Positions 12,060 through 25,251 of a DNA stretch of 45,247 nt are shown here, in pieces (position 1 is the first letter of the stretch; every line of letters starts with the position of its first letter). The stretch comes from Octopus sinensis (Eukaryota): positions 1 to 45,247 of the forward strand of contig NW_021824689.1 of NCBI RefSeq assembly GCF_006345805.1, in the 5' to 3' direction. A model generated the notes under the pieces. It did not search any database, was not told the origin of the DNA, and was given only the letters and a program-made list of their open reading frames with translations. A program made the translations under genes and the position numbers.

Positions 12060-12355
12060 CAAAGAGTGTGATATCCTCCAGTTCGCCAAATAAGATTTGT
12101 CCATATACTTGCATTTGCTGAAAATTTCGGATCTAGAATTAAGTAGTGCGGTGTAATTTTTCAATCTTTCTGCGACGTATAAGTTGCATTAGAGTCATAT
12201 ACATACTTGATTGTATCTGGTGTATAGTTGGACTTCAAATCTCATACGTTACCATCCAACGTAGCGGCTTTACTCTCGGCTATGTGCCGGAAACGAGACT
12301 TGTGTTTTGCATAACGTCTATTGAAATTGTCTTTGCATAAACCTAATTTTTCCTT
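12060..12355 (-). mobile_element. PLE GIY-YIG endonuclease C-terminal fragment (lineage C)
   Basis: Minus-strand translation gives LGLCKDNFNRRYAKHKSRFRH... and, after a frameshift, LLNSRSEIFSKCKY, the typical PLE endonuclease tail. Confidence 0.65.
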
Positions 12356-12370
12356 TGCAGTTAAGTTATC

Positions 12371-13380
12371 TTGAGGTGTTGCTGTGACTTCTGCTTCATA
12401 GGTGACAGAGTTTATCATTCACGCCTGTTGGATCGATGGAATGAAGAGCGATACCTCGACGATCAAAATAAACGTCCACGTATCGCACGTTCATTTCATC
12501 AGGGCTACTTGTTGTCTCTTCTTTTGCAAGAGCTGCCTCTCAAGTCACGACTGAGTGGGTTAAAACAATTGAGGGGAACCCTGGGAGAGCAGCTTTGGCA
12601 TACGCAGAAGACAACACAGTCATGGTGTCGAAAGCCACTGAAATGGAGATGGTCATCATCATTCTAAAGGGGCTAAAATCAACACGGACATGTTGGTAGG
12701 CTTGCAGCTGTGTACATGTAGAGTTAGGTCCATACTTTCGGACGGCTTTTTTCGAATGCTGGACTGACAAATCAGTTAAACTTCTCAGGGCCTGGTTCGG
12801 TCCCGCCTTCCATGTAGATAAAATCTGGGATGAGGTGACGGACAGAGTGGTCAGTCTCATCCAGAAATGGACAGAGAGGAAGCTATCTCTGAAAAGGTGA
12901 GGAGAAGTGGCGAATGCCTACATCACGTCCAGACATTGCTCCTGTCGTTGTAGAGTTATGTCGAACATCTGGTGTCGCGTGTATGAAGGATCCCTCTATT
13001 GGCTGAGTCCATAGTGATGATTGCCCCGCCGACATCCTTTAATAGGCCTGGAAAGACAGTTTTCCTTTGCCTGAAGGCAGTTGCGAAAGATGTTGTCTCT
13101 TGGATGAGGTTGAAAGGAATGAGGACAGAGACATCCTCTTTGGTAGATCACCCATCGACTTTTTCAACTTTCGCTTAAAAAGAAAAGTGTTGGTGGAGAA
13201 GAAGGTGCTGTTCTCGAGTGAATTTATTGAGAGGTGAGTGAAAGTTGCGAAAATAGCAAGAGTGGGTGGTACCACTCTAATTACAGACCTGTGAGTCGGA
13301 AAACAGTAACTGGAGAGAGTACTTGCCCTTGGTATTCAGGGAGATTTTGGGTGCTGGGATTCCTCGATTGTTGCCTTGGT
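12371..13380 (+). mobile_element. L1/Tx1-clade LINE ORF2 fragment with internal deletion
   Basis: ALAYAEDNTVMVS (degenerate YADD), a GPDLHVDK..WDEVT..VVSLIQKWTERKLSLK-like segment, then a jump to the ORF2 end; homologous to the 14460-16064 and 44387-45130 copies. Confidence 0.75.
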
Positions 13381-13424
13381 TGGAAATAAAAGAAATTATA
13401 ATAATTGTTGTTGTTCTTGTTAAA

Positions 13425-13622
13425 GCGGTGAGCTGGTAGAAACGTTAGCACGCCGGGCGAAATGCTTAGCGCTATTTTGTCTGATGTTACGTTCTGAATT
13501 TCAAATTCCGCCGAGGTTGACTTTGCCTTTCATCTTTTCGGGGTCGATAAATTAAGTACCAGTCAAGTACTGGGGTTTATACAATCGACTTAATCCCCTC
13601 TCCCAAATTTGAGGCCTTGTGC
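13425..13622 (+). mobile_element. SINE family A
   Basis: gcggtgagctggtagaaacgttagcacgccgggcgaaatgcttag head and central domain. Confidence 0.88.
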
Positions 13623-13646
13623 TTCCCGCAGAAATTATTATTATTC

Positions 13647-13698
<52 letters not shown>

Positions 13699-13780
13699 CA
13701 TTATTATGATCATTATTATTATTATTATTATGACCATTATTACTATTATTATTATTACTGTTATTATTATCATTATTAAA
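13623..13780. repeat. (ATT)n microsatellite
   Basis: Directly visible. Confidence 0.95.
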
Positions 13781-13784
13781 GTAG

Positions 13785-13990
13785 TGAGATGGCAGAATTG
13801 TTAGCACGCCAGGCAAAATGCTTTTCGGCGCTTAGTCCGTCCATACGTTCTGAGTTCAAATTCTATTGAGGTTCACTTTGTCTTTCATCCTTTCGGAGTC
13901 GATAAAATAAGTATCAGCTGATCACTGGAGATAATATATTCGACCTACACCTTTTCCGAAGTTGCTGATATTGTGCCAAAATTCGAATCC
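13785..13990 (+). mobile_element. SINE family A (older copy)
   Basis: ggcagaattgttagcacgcc...cctttcggagtcgataaaataagta. Confidence 0.82.
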
Positions 13991-14169
13991 AGTATTATTG
14001 AGGACATCGCTCTGTATCCAATAATTTGATGTTGTCGACTGAAGACATTGTGTCTACCGGAGGTTTGAACTGTCTGTCAAGTCACAACAAGGACCCGCAT
14101 ACAGACATTACTTTATGCAGTGTGCGTGCGGTTCCGATTTTTGCAATACACCAGGACTTTAGGGTATAT

Positions 14170-14200
14170 CTAAAGACAGACAGACAGAAAGATACATAGA

Positions 14201-14237
<37 letters not shown>

Positions 14238-14385
14238 TGACAGACAGTCAGACAGGCAGATAGGCAGATAGGTAGGTAGATAGAGAGTGAGAGAGATAAA
14301 TAGATAGACAGACAGACTGACAGATAGAGAGACAGACAGACACAGACAGACAGGCAAATAGACTGATAGATAGATAGATAGATAT

Positions 14386-14452
<67 letters not shown>

Positions 14453-14458
14453 TAGATA
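14170..14458. repeat. (GACA)/(GATA)n microsatellite
   Basis: Directly visible; abuts the 3' end of the Tx1 element. Confidence 0.95.
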
Positions 14459-14459
14459 A

Positions 14460-16064
14460 GTTTCTTTATTGGCCACACAGGGCTGCACACAGATGGGACA
14501 AGTTACAAGGTAGAGCTTTTCTTTTGGGGGATGAAGAGAACAAAAAACAAAAGAAAAAAAAGGGGGTGGCGTAGGTTTTCGATCAAGAGGGATCGTAAAA
14601 GGGAAGAAAAGAACAAAAACAAAAAAAATTGAATAAAATAAAAAGAATAAAAGAAAAAAAAGAAAGGGAAAAGGAACAAAAGAAAAGAGAAATGAAAAAA
14701 GAAGAAAAAGGGGAAAAAAGGGGAAGAGGAAAAAAGAACGATCAATAGGGATCGTGTATCACAGTGTTATGATATATGGTGTAAAGGGGAAAGCAAGTAA
14801 GGTTTATCCGTGGGAAGAAAAGCCTACGAAAAAGACCACGGTAACCTTGGTCAATATTGTTATATGTTACCACATTTGTTTGCAAGTGGGTAACCCTCTG
14901 TTTTCAATTTCTGGGTTCATAGGATTATGCTCAAGGTGGCTTCGTCATTCATACGTGCCATCCTTGCTACATTCACCATCTTTTTTAAAACATTCGCTAG
15001 ACAAAACTTGCCTCTCTACTCTCACTTTCCTTTTCAAGTGGTACTTGAAAAAGTTGATGAGATTGACCAGAGAGGAAAGTGTTTGTCTCCAATCCTTTCA
15101 GACGCGTCCACCAGATACATTCTTTCGCCATAGCCACAAGGATGATGAAAATAGCTCTTCCTTCCCGTTTGAAGGAAGGAGGCGTGACAATATTGACGAT
15201 AGACTCAGCTGATAAACCGACTCGTCCCACACGTGACAACAGTTGTTCGACATAAGCCCACAGGTCGGAAATTGTTGGACACTGCACGATTGCGTGCAGA
15301 GCGGTTTCGTCGCTCTGACCGCATCTCGGGCAGGTCGGCCCCGTGTTTCTCGAGCCGTGTCTGTAGAGCTTATCCCGAACGGGTAGCGCTTCTCGGTAGC
15401 ACTGCCAGGCCAGGGATCTCTGGAAGTTGTCCATGGGCCCTGGCCCGAAAGTCGTCCCGAACAGGCGGGTCAGGTACTCTCGTCGACGTCCAGGTTCGCC
15501 CCGAGCTCGTCGTCGTACCTCCCCTCCACTAAATCCCCTATAGAATGCTTTGGTTGTGTTGAAGTCACTCAAGGTCGACCCGGGACGGCAGAGTTGCTTG
15601 AGAGCAACGCGACACTCGCGGTGCCATTCGCCCTTCCTCGGCCTCTTTTTGATCCACGACTGCAGTTCGGTCATGGAGACGAGCTGCGGGAAAGCGTGCC
15701 TCACAAACGGCGACCACACCTGTTCACCGTCGTCTACATAGAGCCAGAGATGTCGCAGTCTCAGCGCGTGTCTGCGCATCATCAACCACGGCATGCCCAG
15801 CCCTCCTTTTAGCGGGTGTTGACAGCAAATGGATCGCCTGACCATCGGGACGCATCCTTTCCACAAGAAGCGAAAGAGAATGCGTTGTAGTTTGGTGATG
15901 GTAGGGTTGGGACAAGGTACGACGGTCAGGCGGTAGTAGATGACGGACGCGATGTAGTGTTCGCCACCTCCGCCCGACCTTTTTAGGGACAGTTTCCTCT
16001 CGGCCCATTGCCGGGCGAGAGTGACCACCCTACTCGTATCATCGTTCCAGTTCTTCTCCACTTG
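14460..16064 (-). mobile_element. 5'-truncated L1/Tx1-clade LINE (ORF2 C-terminal half plus 3' UTR) embedded in (GATA)n
   Basis: ORF 14997-16061: WAERKLSLK, HPLKGGLGMP and the zf-RVT motif CPRCGQSDETALHAIVQC. T-rich 3' UTR, AATAAA at 14470-14465, (TCTA)n on both flanks. Confidence 0.9.
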
Positions 16065-16115
16065 GAGATAGATAGATAGATAGATAGATGATAGATAGAT
16101 AGATAAGATAGATAA

Positions 16116-16160
<45 letters not shown>

Positions 16161-16172
16161 AAGATAGATATT
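16065..16172. repeat. (GATA)n microsatellite
   Basis: Directly visible; abuts the 5' junction of the Tx1 element. Confidence 0.95.
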
Positions 16173-16514
16173 ATCAATAGTAAATTAGTTGCTAAGCATT
16201 CGCATCGTTTTCTAGTAGATTTTATTTCGGTCGAGATGTTGCTTTGTTAGTGTTTCCTACAAAGAAAGTTATGGCTGATAGATATGTTTTCTATGCGCTG
16301 TAGTATTTTTGCATGTGTCTGTAATAGCGAAGAGCCACTGTGGATAAACATTCCGCAGACGTATTTCATTTAAGACAATCTGTCATTCTTAAAGAATAAT
16401 AAATATATATTTAAGGAGATAATTCGGAGGATTTTGTTTGTTTTTATTCTTTATTGTTTATCACTCAGAGCGTATTGTTTTACAATTAAGATGAGTTATT
16501 AGTAGCAAAAGCAG

Positions 16515-16740
16515 ATGTGTGTGTATTTGTGTGTGTGTGTGTATTTGTGTGTTTGTGTGTGTGTGTGTGTGTGTATTTGTGTGTGTGTGTGTATTTGTGT
16601 GTTTGTGTGTGTGTGTGTGTATTTGTGTGTGTGTATATAGATATATCGAGAGAAAGAGACAAAATGGGAGTATTAATATGTTTGTATGTCTGTATGTCTG
16701 TCTGTCTGTATGTATGTATGTATGTATGTATGTATGTATG

Positions 16741-16772
<32 letters not shown>

Positions 16773-16837
16773 AGTGTATGTATGTATGTATGTATATATG
16801 TATGTATGTATGTACGCATGTATGTATGTATGTATAT

Positions 16838-16871
<34 letters not shown>

Positions 16872-16975
16872 ATGTATGTATGTATGTATTTATGTATTAT
16901 GTATGTATGTATGTATGTATGTATGTATGTATGTATGTATGTATGTATGTAGCTAGGAAGATAGGTAGGTAGGTA
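16515..16975. repeat. (GT)n/(TATG)n compound microsatellite
   Basis: Directly visible. Confidence 0.95.
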
Positions 16976-17052
16976 TTCAAAATGGATTACAAAGGAAGTG
17001 AATGAAAAAAAGATTATTAGAAAGAGAGTGTCTGTGTGAAATAGAGAGGTAG

Positions 17053-17087
<35 letters not shown>

Positions 17088-17424
17088 GAAATGGCAATTT
17101 TAAAACAAATTGGACTTCTGTGCTTACATAAACTTACGAAGTTGTTGAAGTAACATGATATATGAGAGCACACGCAAGATCTTTTGTTTTTACAAACGGG
17201 AGTTGAAGAACTCGGGCTTCTATCGTACAATACTACTATATATTGCACGCCACACATCCTTTCCTCTGTCGTTACACTCAATATCTTATCATTCACCCCC
17301 GTTGAGGGACCGATTTTTTAATGATAATAAACATTTTCAGGAGGGCGATGAAAATGATGCTTCGTATTTCGATTTCAGTCGTTATACCAGGATACGGTTT
17401 CAATGTATGGTTCAGGAAGATTTA

Positions 17425-19366
17425 CAGGATCATACTCAAAGTGGTTTCGTCACTCGCACGCACCATCTTTGCTACATTCACCCATCTTTTTTTTAATCTT
17501 TCGCGAGACAAAACTTCCCTCTCCATTCTCACCTTTCTTTTCAAGTGGTACTTAAAAAAGTTGACGAGCGATTTGCCAGAGAGGTAGGTGTTTGTCTCTA
17601 ATCCTTTCGCTCGAATCCACCACACACATTCTTTCACCATGGCCACCAGTACGATGAATACTGCCTTGCCTTCTCAGTTGAGGGAAGGTGGCGGAGCAGT
17701 CGTCACGATAGACTCGGCCGACAGGCGGACTCGTCCCACACGGCACAAGCCCACAAGTCTGAAATGGTTGGACACTGCACGAGTGCGTGCAGAACGGTTT
17801 CGTCGCTCTGACCGCATCTCGGGCAAGTCGGTACGGTGTGTTTCGAACCGTGCTTGTAGAGTTTATCCCGAACGGTTAATGCTTCTCGATAGCACTGCCA
17901 GGCCAGGGATCTTTGGCGATTGTCCATAGGTCTCGGCCCGAAAGTTGTCCTGAACAGATGTTCTCATCGACGCCCAGATTCTGCCCGAGAACTTCGTCTT
18001 ACCACCCTTCCACTAATCCTCTATAGAACGCCTTTGTTGTTATGTAGTCGCACAAGATTGGTCCCGGACGGCAGAGATGCTTGAGAGCAATGCGACACTC
18101 GCAGTGCCATTTGCCTAGCCTCGGTCTCTGTTTGATCCACGACTGCAGTTCGGCCAAAGAGACGAGCTACGGAAAAGCGCGCCGCACAAACCGCGACCAC
18201 ACCTGTTCACCGTCGTCTATGAAATACCAAAAATGTCGCATCATCAACTAGAGCATGCCTAGCCCTCCATTTAATGGGTGTTGACAGCAAATGAATCACC
18301 TAACCATCGGAACGCTTCCCTTCCACAGGAAACGGAAGAGTATGCTTTCCACGACGGTCAGACGGTATTCGAAGACGGATGCGATGTACATGTTCGCCAC
18401 CTCCGCCCGACCTTTTAGAGATAGTCTCCTCTCAGCCTATTCCTGGGTGAGAGTGGCCACCCTAGTCATTATTTCGCCCCAGTTCTTCTCCATTTGGATA
18501 TCCGGACCGAACAAGACTCCGAGCAATTTAACCGGTCCGTCGGTCCACCGTCCCACGATGGAGACGCTGTTGGACGGCATGTGCCTGCTTCTCCAGGTGC
18601 CGAGCCGCAAGCCCACTGACTTTTCCCGGTTTATTTTTGCTCCCGTTACCGCTTCGTATTCTTTTAGTGTCTTGCCGACCAGCTCGATGTGCTAGTAGCT
18701 CGATACTATGACGGCGACGTCGTCCGCGTATGCAGACGCATTCCTTCCGCATCCCAGCTCTCATGGAATGCCCCTCAGTGTCGCAAGCTTCGGCAGTAGT
18801 GGCTCAAGAGTCAATACATACAGAAGCGATGAGAGGGGGCATCCCTGACGAACCGAACGCATGATGTTAAAAGGTCTGGATAGATGACCATTTACGCGAA
18901 CTACCGAGCGGATACCACTGTATAAGGCAGCGATCCAACAGCGGAAGATGAGACTGAAACCAGCTGCTTTAAGGACAGCCTCCAAATAGTGATGGTCTAC
19001 CCTATCAAAAGCTTTTGATTGATCCAAATTGATCAATGCCCCACCCATGCCAGGTTCCTTAACTAGCCTGTATATGATGTAGCGCATCAGATGTAGGTTG
19101 CCATGGATACTCCTACTCTGCACGGTGCACGTTTGTGCCTTGTCGACTAGTTTCTCGATGACAAGCACCAACTTCTCGGCTAACACCTTGGCCAAAATTT
19201 TCAAATCTGCGTTGAGCCACGGCTCCTCGCTTTATAAAGACGGGGATACTCCCGTTTTGCTGCCAGTTGCAGTAGACAGCTGCCAAGACACGTCCAAACA
19301 AGTTTGGCATATGACAATAAAGTTCGTAGGGCAGGCCATCCAAGCCTAGTGACTTGTCTCCCGCGC

Positions 19367-19367
<1 letters not shown>
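17425..19367 (-). mobile_element. L1/Tx1-clade LINE ORF2 (RT plus C-terminus), 5'-truncated and decayed
   Basis: GDKSLGLDGLPYE; ORF 18761-19204 with LINLDQSKAFDRVDH and VRQGCPLS; SAYADD at about 18718-18738; CPRCGQSDETVLHALVQC. The 5' junction abuts (GATA)n at 19369. Confidence 0.92.

Positions 19368-19368
<1 letters not shown>

Positions 19369-19463
<95 letters not shown>
19369..19463. repeat. (GATA)n microsatellite
   Basis: Directly visible. Confidence 0.95.
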
Positions 19464-19636
19464 GGCTCCACAAATGACATTTATATGTGTGTGTGTGTGT
19501 GTGTAATTTGGAGACAAACCACTATTTAGTTATTCCATCAATAGTGAAAAGATATTATCTATAATAACCGCATTGAAATAAATTAAATATCTTATAATTA
19601 TTGTTCTAAAACTCTCAAAACAAATCATAAAATCTC

Positions 19637-19677
<41 letters not shown>

Positions 19678-19929
19678 GTATGTATGTATGTATTATGTAT
19701 GTATGTATGTATGTATGTATGTATGTATGTATGTATGTATGTGTGTGTATATATGTATATATACACACACACATATACATACACACATATGTATGTGTGT
19801 GTTTCTTTGTGATGGTGATTGTCTCCCAAAACCTCTTAACAGCCGGCTCTGGTTTCTTTACGTCTCCATAACATTGTGGTTTAACCAAAGAGACTGATGG
19901 AAAAATACCAAATTTAAAATGGCGGAAAC

Positions 19930-21498
19930 AAGTAAAACGATATATGTGTGTGTGGGAGTTTGTGTGGGATTGGTGTCAGATGAAGAGAGACGGTGATTTG
20001 ATCTCACATGGTGCACAGGAACGAAGAGAGAAGATTAATTTCTGTTTATGGCGAAGGCGGGAGTCCGGGCGGCCCCTGTGCAAAGACAGTCCGCACACAG
20101 ACAGATGTTGTAGCGAATGATTGGTAGAGCGGAAGTGGCGCAAGACCGGGGTGTCATAAGCGAGTCTGATGTCTTGGAGGTGCTTCGCGAACCGGTCAGG
20201 TAAGCGGCGTCCCTATTGACCAATGTACAGGGAAGGACAGAGAGAGCAGGAGATGCAGTGAATAACATTACTGGAGGTGCAAATAAAAGAGTCAGTGACA
20301 TAATAGGGATGGAGATTGGCTCCAGTGAGAATAGTGGGCTTGAAGAGGTAGGGACAGGTGCGACAGTGTGGGCGAGGACAGGAAAAGGAGCCAGGCTAGC
20401 AGGTAGGGTAGGGAAGATACTGCGGACCAGGTTGTCACGCTCGTTATGAATAGGTTTGAAGGAGGAAAAGGGTAGGTTAGGAAAATGTACGAAGTACAGG
20501 GATTGGACTGGAGTCACCGGAAGGCTAGCAGAATGGTGCATTGGAAGGGTAGGGTGGAGGGTGGTAGGTGAGAGTAACGGGTATCGGGTAAGACTGGTGT
20601 GGGTACGAGAAGAAAGAAGAGAGGTACGGTCCACAGATTGCGCCCGTGAAAGGCAGTATGGATAATGGTGAGGGGATAACCACGTAGTATGAAATGGCGA
20701 GCCATCAGTTGAGGATGAGTTTCAAAGTCATAGTTGTTACTGCGTAGACGGAGGAATTGGGAATAGGGGATGGAGAGCTTGGTGTGGGTAGAGTAGATGA
20801 CGGAGTAGTCAATGCATGTGTGTGAGTCAGTGTGTTTGTAGTGGATTGAAGTGGGTAGAACGGAGTGGTGTACGTTGATACAAATGTCCAGAAATTCGAC
20901 GGAAGAGTTAGAGACAGTGCAGAAGATTTCGAGGACAGGATGGTAGGGTTGGAGAAAGGATAGGAAAGAGTCCAGATGTTCGTAGGAGAGTGAGGTCTCG
21001 CTAATACAGTCATCGATAAAACGACCGAATAACTCGGGAATGCGACCGGTGAATTGTGAGAATATTTGGGCCTCAACATAGCCAACGAGCAGATTCGCAT
21101 AGTTGGGGACAATTCTCGTTCTCATGGCCACTCCCTAGTTCTAGTGAAACTCCCCCGCGAACGATAAACAGTTGAAGGAAAGAACAAGTTCGGGTAAACG
21201 AAGAAGATTGGAGGTGTCAGGCTGAAGGTCTAGCCGAAGGTCGAGAAAGTTTTTATGCCCAAGAAGGCCTTCGTAGTGTGGGATCACAGTATACAAAGAT
21301 TTAATGTCGAGAGTGAACAAAAGTTGAGAGGGGCCAAAGGGAAAGGCGAAAGAGTTAAACAGACGGAGAGCATGATTGGTGTCGTGACCGTGCACCGTGC
21401 GAAGGGAGAGAAGCTACTGGAGGAGTTATATGGAGATCATTTTGGTGGGGCAGTTGCAGTCGGAAACGATGGGGTGGCCAGGGCTGTTGGGCTTGTGG

Positions 21499-21505
<7 letters not shown>
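19930..21505 (-). mobile_element. Penelope-like element (lineage A): RT plus GIY-YIG endonuclease, decayed
   Basis: HKPNSPGHPIVS; LFTLDIKSLYT (motif A); AMRTRIVPNYANL; GRFIDD (motif C); SIPYSQFLRLR; CPRPHCRTC Zn linker; NVIHCISCSLCPSLYIGQ*GRR (VIY-YIG). Confidence 0.92.
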
Positions 21506-21548
<43 letters not shown>

Positions 21549-21639
21549 GGAGATCGAGAAAAAGAGAGAGAGAGGCAGACTGACAAATAGACAAAGACAG
21601 AGACAGACATGTACATGAATACATACGCACACGCATATA

Positions 21640-21683
<44 letters not shown>

Positions 21684-22534
21684 ATTTACACACATATATC
21701 TATATGATGTACACACACACACATATGTATGCATATATGTATGTATGTATGTATGTACATTGTGAATGCGCGTTTGTGTGTGACTGCATGTTTGTGTATC
21801 TCTCTGTGTGTGCGCATGTGTCCGTATGTATGTATTTGCATGCATGTGTGTGTGTGCGTGTGTATTTGTGTACGTTACCAATCCAAAATGGTCCAAAGTG
21901 AACCAAAGTGGTCCATAGATGAAAATAGAAAATAGTTGAGCGCCCATCCAAAGATAAAATGGTTGAGAGACAGGTTTACATCATAGTGAAGTTGGACGGT
22001 ACATGTTTATCAGAGACAGAAGGTCTCTTTTCTATGTTTGCGGATGTTTTACTGTATGGGAAGGATTTATACTGAAATATCTTTCTATCTCTGGTTTATC
22101 TTCTTATATAAGTTCTCTGATGTCTATCGGTTTTTTTCTTCTTTAAAATTACTTGTAATGCTGTGTGGTGCAATTTTATTAAGTATAGCTTTGTATGGAT
22201 GATAAAATTCGTCTTTGATTTCACTTGTTATATTATAAATTTTGTAATTATAGGTGGCTAGAGTACTTATTGATGTATATTGCTTCTTCCTTTTGTCTGC
22301 GGTGAAGATTCCGTTCGTTTGTGGTTAGCTCAAGTCTCGTATTTGGCAATTTTATTAATTTTAGGTTTGTGTTTATTCGGTTTCTAGACTGAAATCTTTC
22401 ATTATATGCTACTTAATTTAAAGTTGTCTAGCCTGTCATCTCTCTAGGTCCATGTTAGAGAACCGTACTCCGTTTTTGGTGTGTGAATATGGAGAATGCA
22501 ACTAAATTTGATGTGAACGCAACACCCTAACCCC

Positions 22535-22800
22535 TAGGCGCATGGGTAAGTGGTTTAGGGTTGCATTCAAAATGATTGTGCATTTAATTCGCAGACCGAG
22601 TGGTGCGTTATGTTCTTGAGCAAAACACTGATTTTACGTTGCACTGCAATCATTTCGGCATCTGACCCGTGGCACACTTGTGCAACTGGACCGGCAATAT
22701 CGATTTGATGGAGTGATCTAACTTATGTGAACAGAAGCATTTGATGACTATAAACTAAGCATTTGTGTGGTTGTTCAGCAAGAAACTGCGGAACCCTGAC
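22535..22800 (+). mobile_element. Old SINE-like repeat (family D)
   Basis: Degenerate tRNA-like head followed by gcgttatgttcttgagcaaaacact; homologous to 4325-4545. Confidence 0.55.
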
Positions 22801-23384
22801 ACGTCGTTTACCGAAGGGAAAAAAACCATTCTGTGTGTGTGTGTATGTGTGTGTGTGTGTGTGTGTCCTTCCTTGTTTGTATTCGTCTTATCACCGCTTG
22901 AAAACTAGTGTTGGTTTGTTTACGTTCACGTTATTTAGTGGTTTGGCAGAAAGAACAGAACGCTAGAATAAGTAAGAAGCTTGAAAAAAAAAGTAATGGA
23001 GTCGATTTCTTCGAAGAAGCTCATCAAGACTACGCCCCAGCTTGGCTGCAGTTCAATGGCTAAAAACAAGCAAAAGATAAAAGATACACTCACGCGCGCA
23101 CACAGACACGCTCGCGCACACCCACCCACAGACACACACACCTATTCTTATACACATGTATATACATATATGCATGTGTGTTTGGGCACGCGTGCACTCG
23201 AATGTGTATGTGTGTATGTGTGTGTGTGTGTATGTGTGTGTGTATGTGTGTGTGTGTGCGTGTGTGTGTGTGTTTGTGTGGGTGTGTATGTGCGTGGGTG
23301 CGTTTGCATCCTGTTGCTGAATAATTATCAATAAATAGGTAGATCCAACAAAACGGCAGTGTTATATATTCGTTTCTACTAATA

Positions 23385-23571
23385 AGCACAAGGCCCGAGT
23401 TTTGGGGTGAGGGCAATAAGTCGATTATATCCACTAGTACTTATTTTCTCGGCCACGAAAGGATGAAAGGCAAAGTCGACCCCGGTGGAATTTGAACTCA
23501 GAACGTAAAGGCGAACGAAATGCCGCTAAGCATTTTGCCCGGCGTTCAAACGATTTTGCAAGCTCACCGCC
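23385..23571 (-). mobile_element. SINE family A
   Basis: aaggatgaaaggcaaagtcgaccccggtggaatttgaactcagaacg...agctcaccgcc. Confidence 0.88.
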
Positions 23572-23579
23572 TTTGCAGT

Positions 23580-24345
23580 ATTACTCTTTACTCTTTACTC
23601 TTTTATTTGTTTCAGTCATTTGACTGTGGTCATGCTGGAGCACCGCCTTTAGTCGAGCAAATCGACCCCAGGACTTATTCTTCGTAAGCCTACTACTTAT
23701 TCTATCGGTCTCTTTTTTGCCGAACCGCTAAGTTACGGGGGCGTAAACACACCAGCATCGGTTGTCAAGTGATGTTGGGGGGATAAACAAAAACACACAT
23801 ATAAATACATATATACGACGGGCTTCTTTCAGTTTCCGTCTACCAAATCCACTCACAAGGCTTTGGTCGGCCCGAGGCTATAGTAGAAGACACTTGCCCA
23901 AGGTGCCACGCAGTGGGACTGAACCCGGAACCATGTGGTTGGTAAACAAACTTCTTACTACACAGCCACTCCTACGGCTATATATATACATATATACGAC
24001 GGGCTTCTTTCAGTTTCCGTCTACCAAATCCACTCACAAGGCTTTGGTCGGCCCACGGCTATAGTAGAAGACATTTTCCCAAGATGCCACACAGTGGGAC
24101 TGAACCCAGAACCATGTGGTTGGTAAGCAAACTTCTTACCACACAGCCACTCCTACGGCTATATATATATATATACATATGGGACGGGTTTCTTTAAGTT
24201 TCCATCTACCAAATCCTCTCACAAGGCTTTGGTCGGCCCGAGGCTATAGTAGAAGACACTTGCCCAAGGTGCCACATAGTGGGACTGAACCCGGAACCAT
24301 GATGTTGGTAAGCAAGCCACTTACCACACAGCCACTCCTGCGCCT
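23580..24345 (-). mobile_element. Family B SINE with three tandem 5' halves
   Basis: One 3' half (23580-23800) and three head/CORE modules starting near 23811, 23992 and 24178, separated by (TA)n. Confidence 0.88.
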
Positions 24346-24689
24346 ATTATATATGAATCCATACTACGCAAGCTATGTTGTTTTTAATGTCTAAATCGTC
24401 AAATCTTTATAACCTAAAATGCACAAGACTTAGCGAAGCGTTCCGATTCCTCCTCGCAGAAGACATGTTATATCCACTTAAATGCTCGCTTCAATTACGT
24501 AAAATGTAATTTTCTTTTCACCTTCCTTTTCCCATTCTTTCCTTACAAATATGTAAACGGCTTACAGGTAGGTACTTATGGGATCTGTTATATTTTCAGA
24601 TCTTATCTCTCTTCCTCCTCTTCGCGTATATTTCCCTATCATCAACAGCTTCTCCTTTAACACCATCGTCATCATTAGCAGCAGTAGCA

Positions 24690-25020
24690 GCAGCGGCAGC
24701 AGCAGCAGCAGCAACAACAACAACAACAACAGTGGTAACATCGTAATTGTCAATTATTATCATCAGTCTTCTTCTTTGGATTCTTCTCTTGTCTTCCCTC
24801 CCTCCTTCTTCCCGCGCTCCCTCTTCTCCTCCTCCTTCTCCTTTTTCTTCTCCTCCTTCTCTTTTCGTTTCTTCTCCTCGTCTTCCTTCTTTCTAATCCT
24901 CCGCCTACTACTCCGCCTCCTCCCCTTCTTCTTCTACCTCCTCCGCCTCTTCATCTTCTTCTTCTCCACTCTCTATTTCCTCTCCTTCCTTCCCTTCCCC
25001 TTCTCTCTCTCACTCTCTCG

Positions 25021-25080
<60 letters not shown>
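24690..25080. repeat. (CAG)(CAA)n, polypyrimidine (TTC/TCC)n, (TCTA)n and (TA)n tracts
   Basis: Directly visible. Confidence 0.9.
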
Positions 25081-25251
25081 ATAAATAATATTAGGGAATA
25101 TATCCAAATTTCAGGGAAAAAAAATCAGATTTAGGATTAAATCCATTTTATAGTAAATATTATAAAATATTATTGAGACAAAACCACTATTTTGCAAAAC
25201 AACAAGGAAAGACTTAATCAATACATAAAATTTAATAATAGTCAAAAAAAA

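Noticed and set aside
19508-19830. Short match gagacaaaccactattt to the end of the fold-back arm, and a weak inverted partner near 19813
   Set aside because: Under 20 bp and imperfect; insufficient to define an element.
21950-22500. Faint LINE endonuclease similarity on the minus strand (EIKDEFY)
   Set aside because: A single short motif in heavily decayed sequence.
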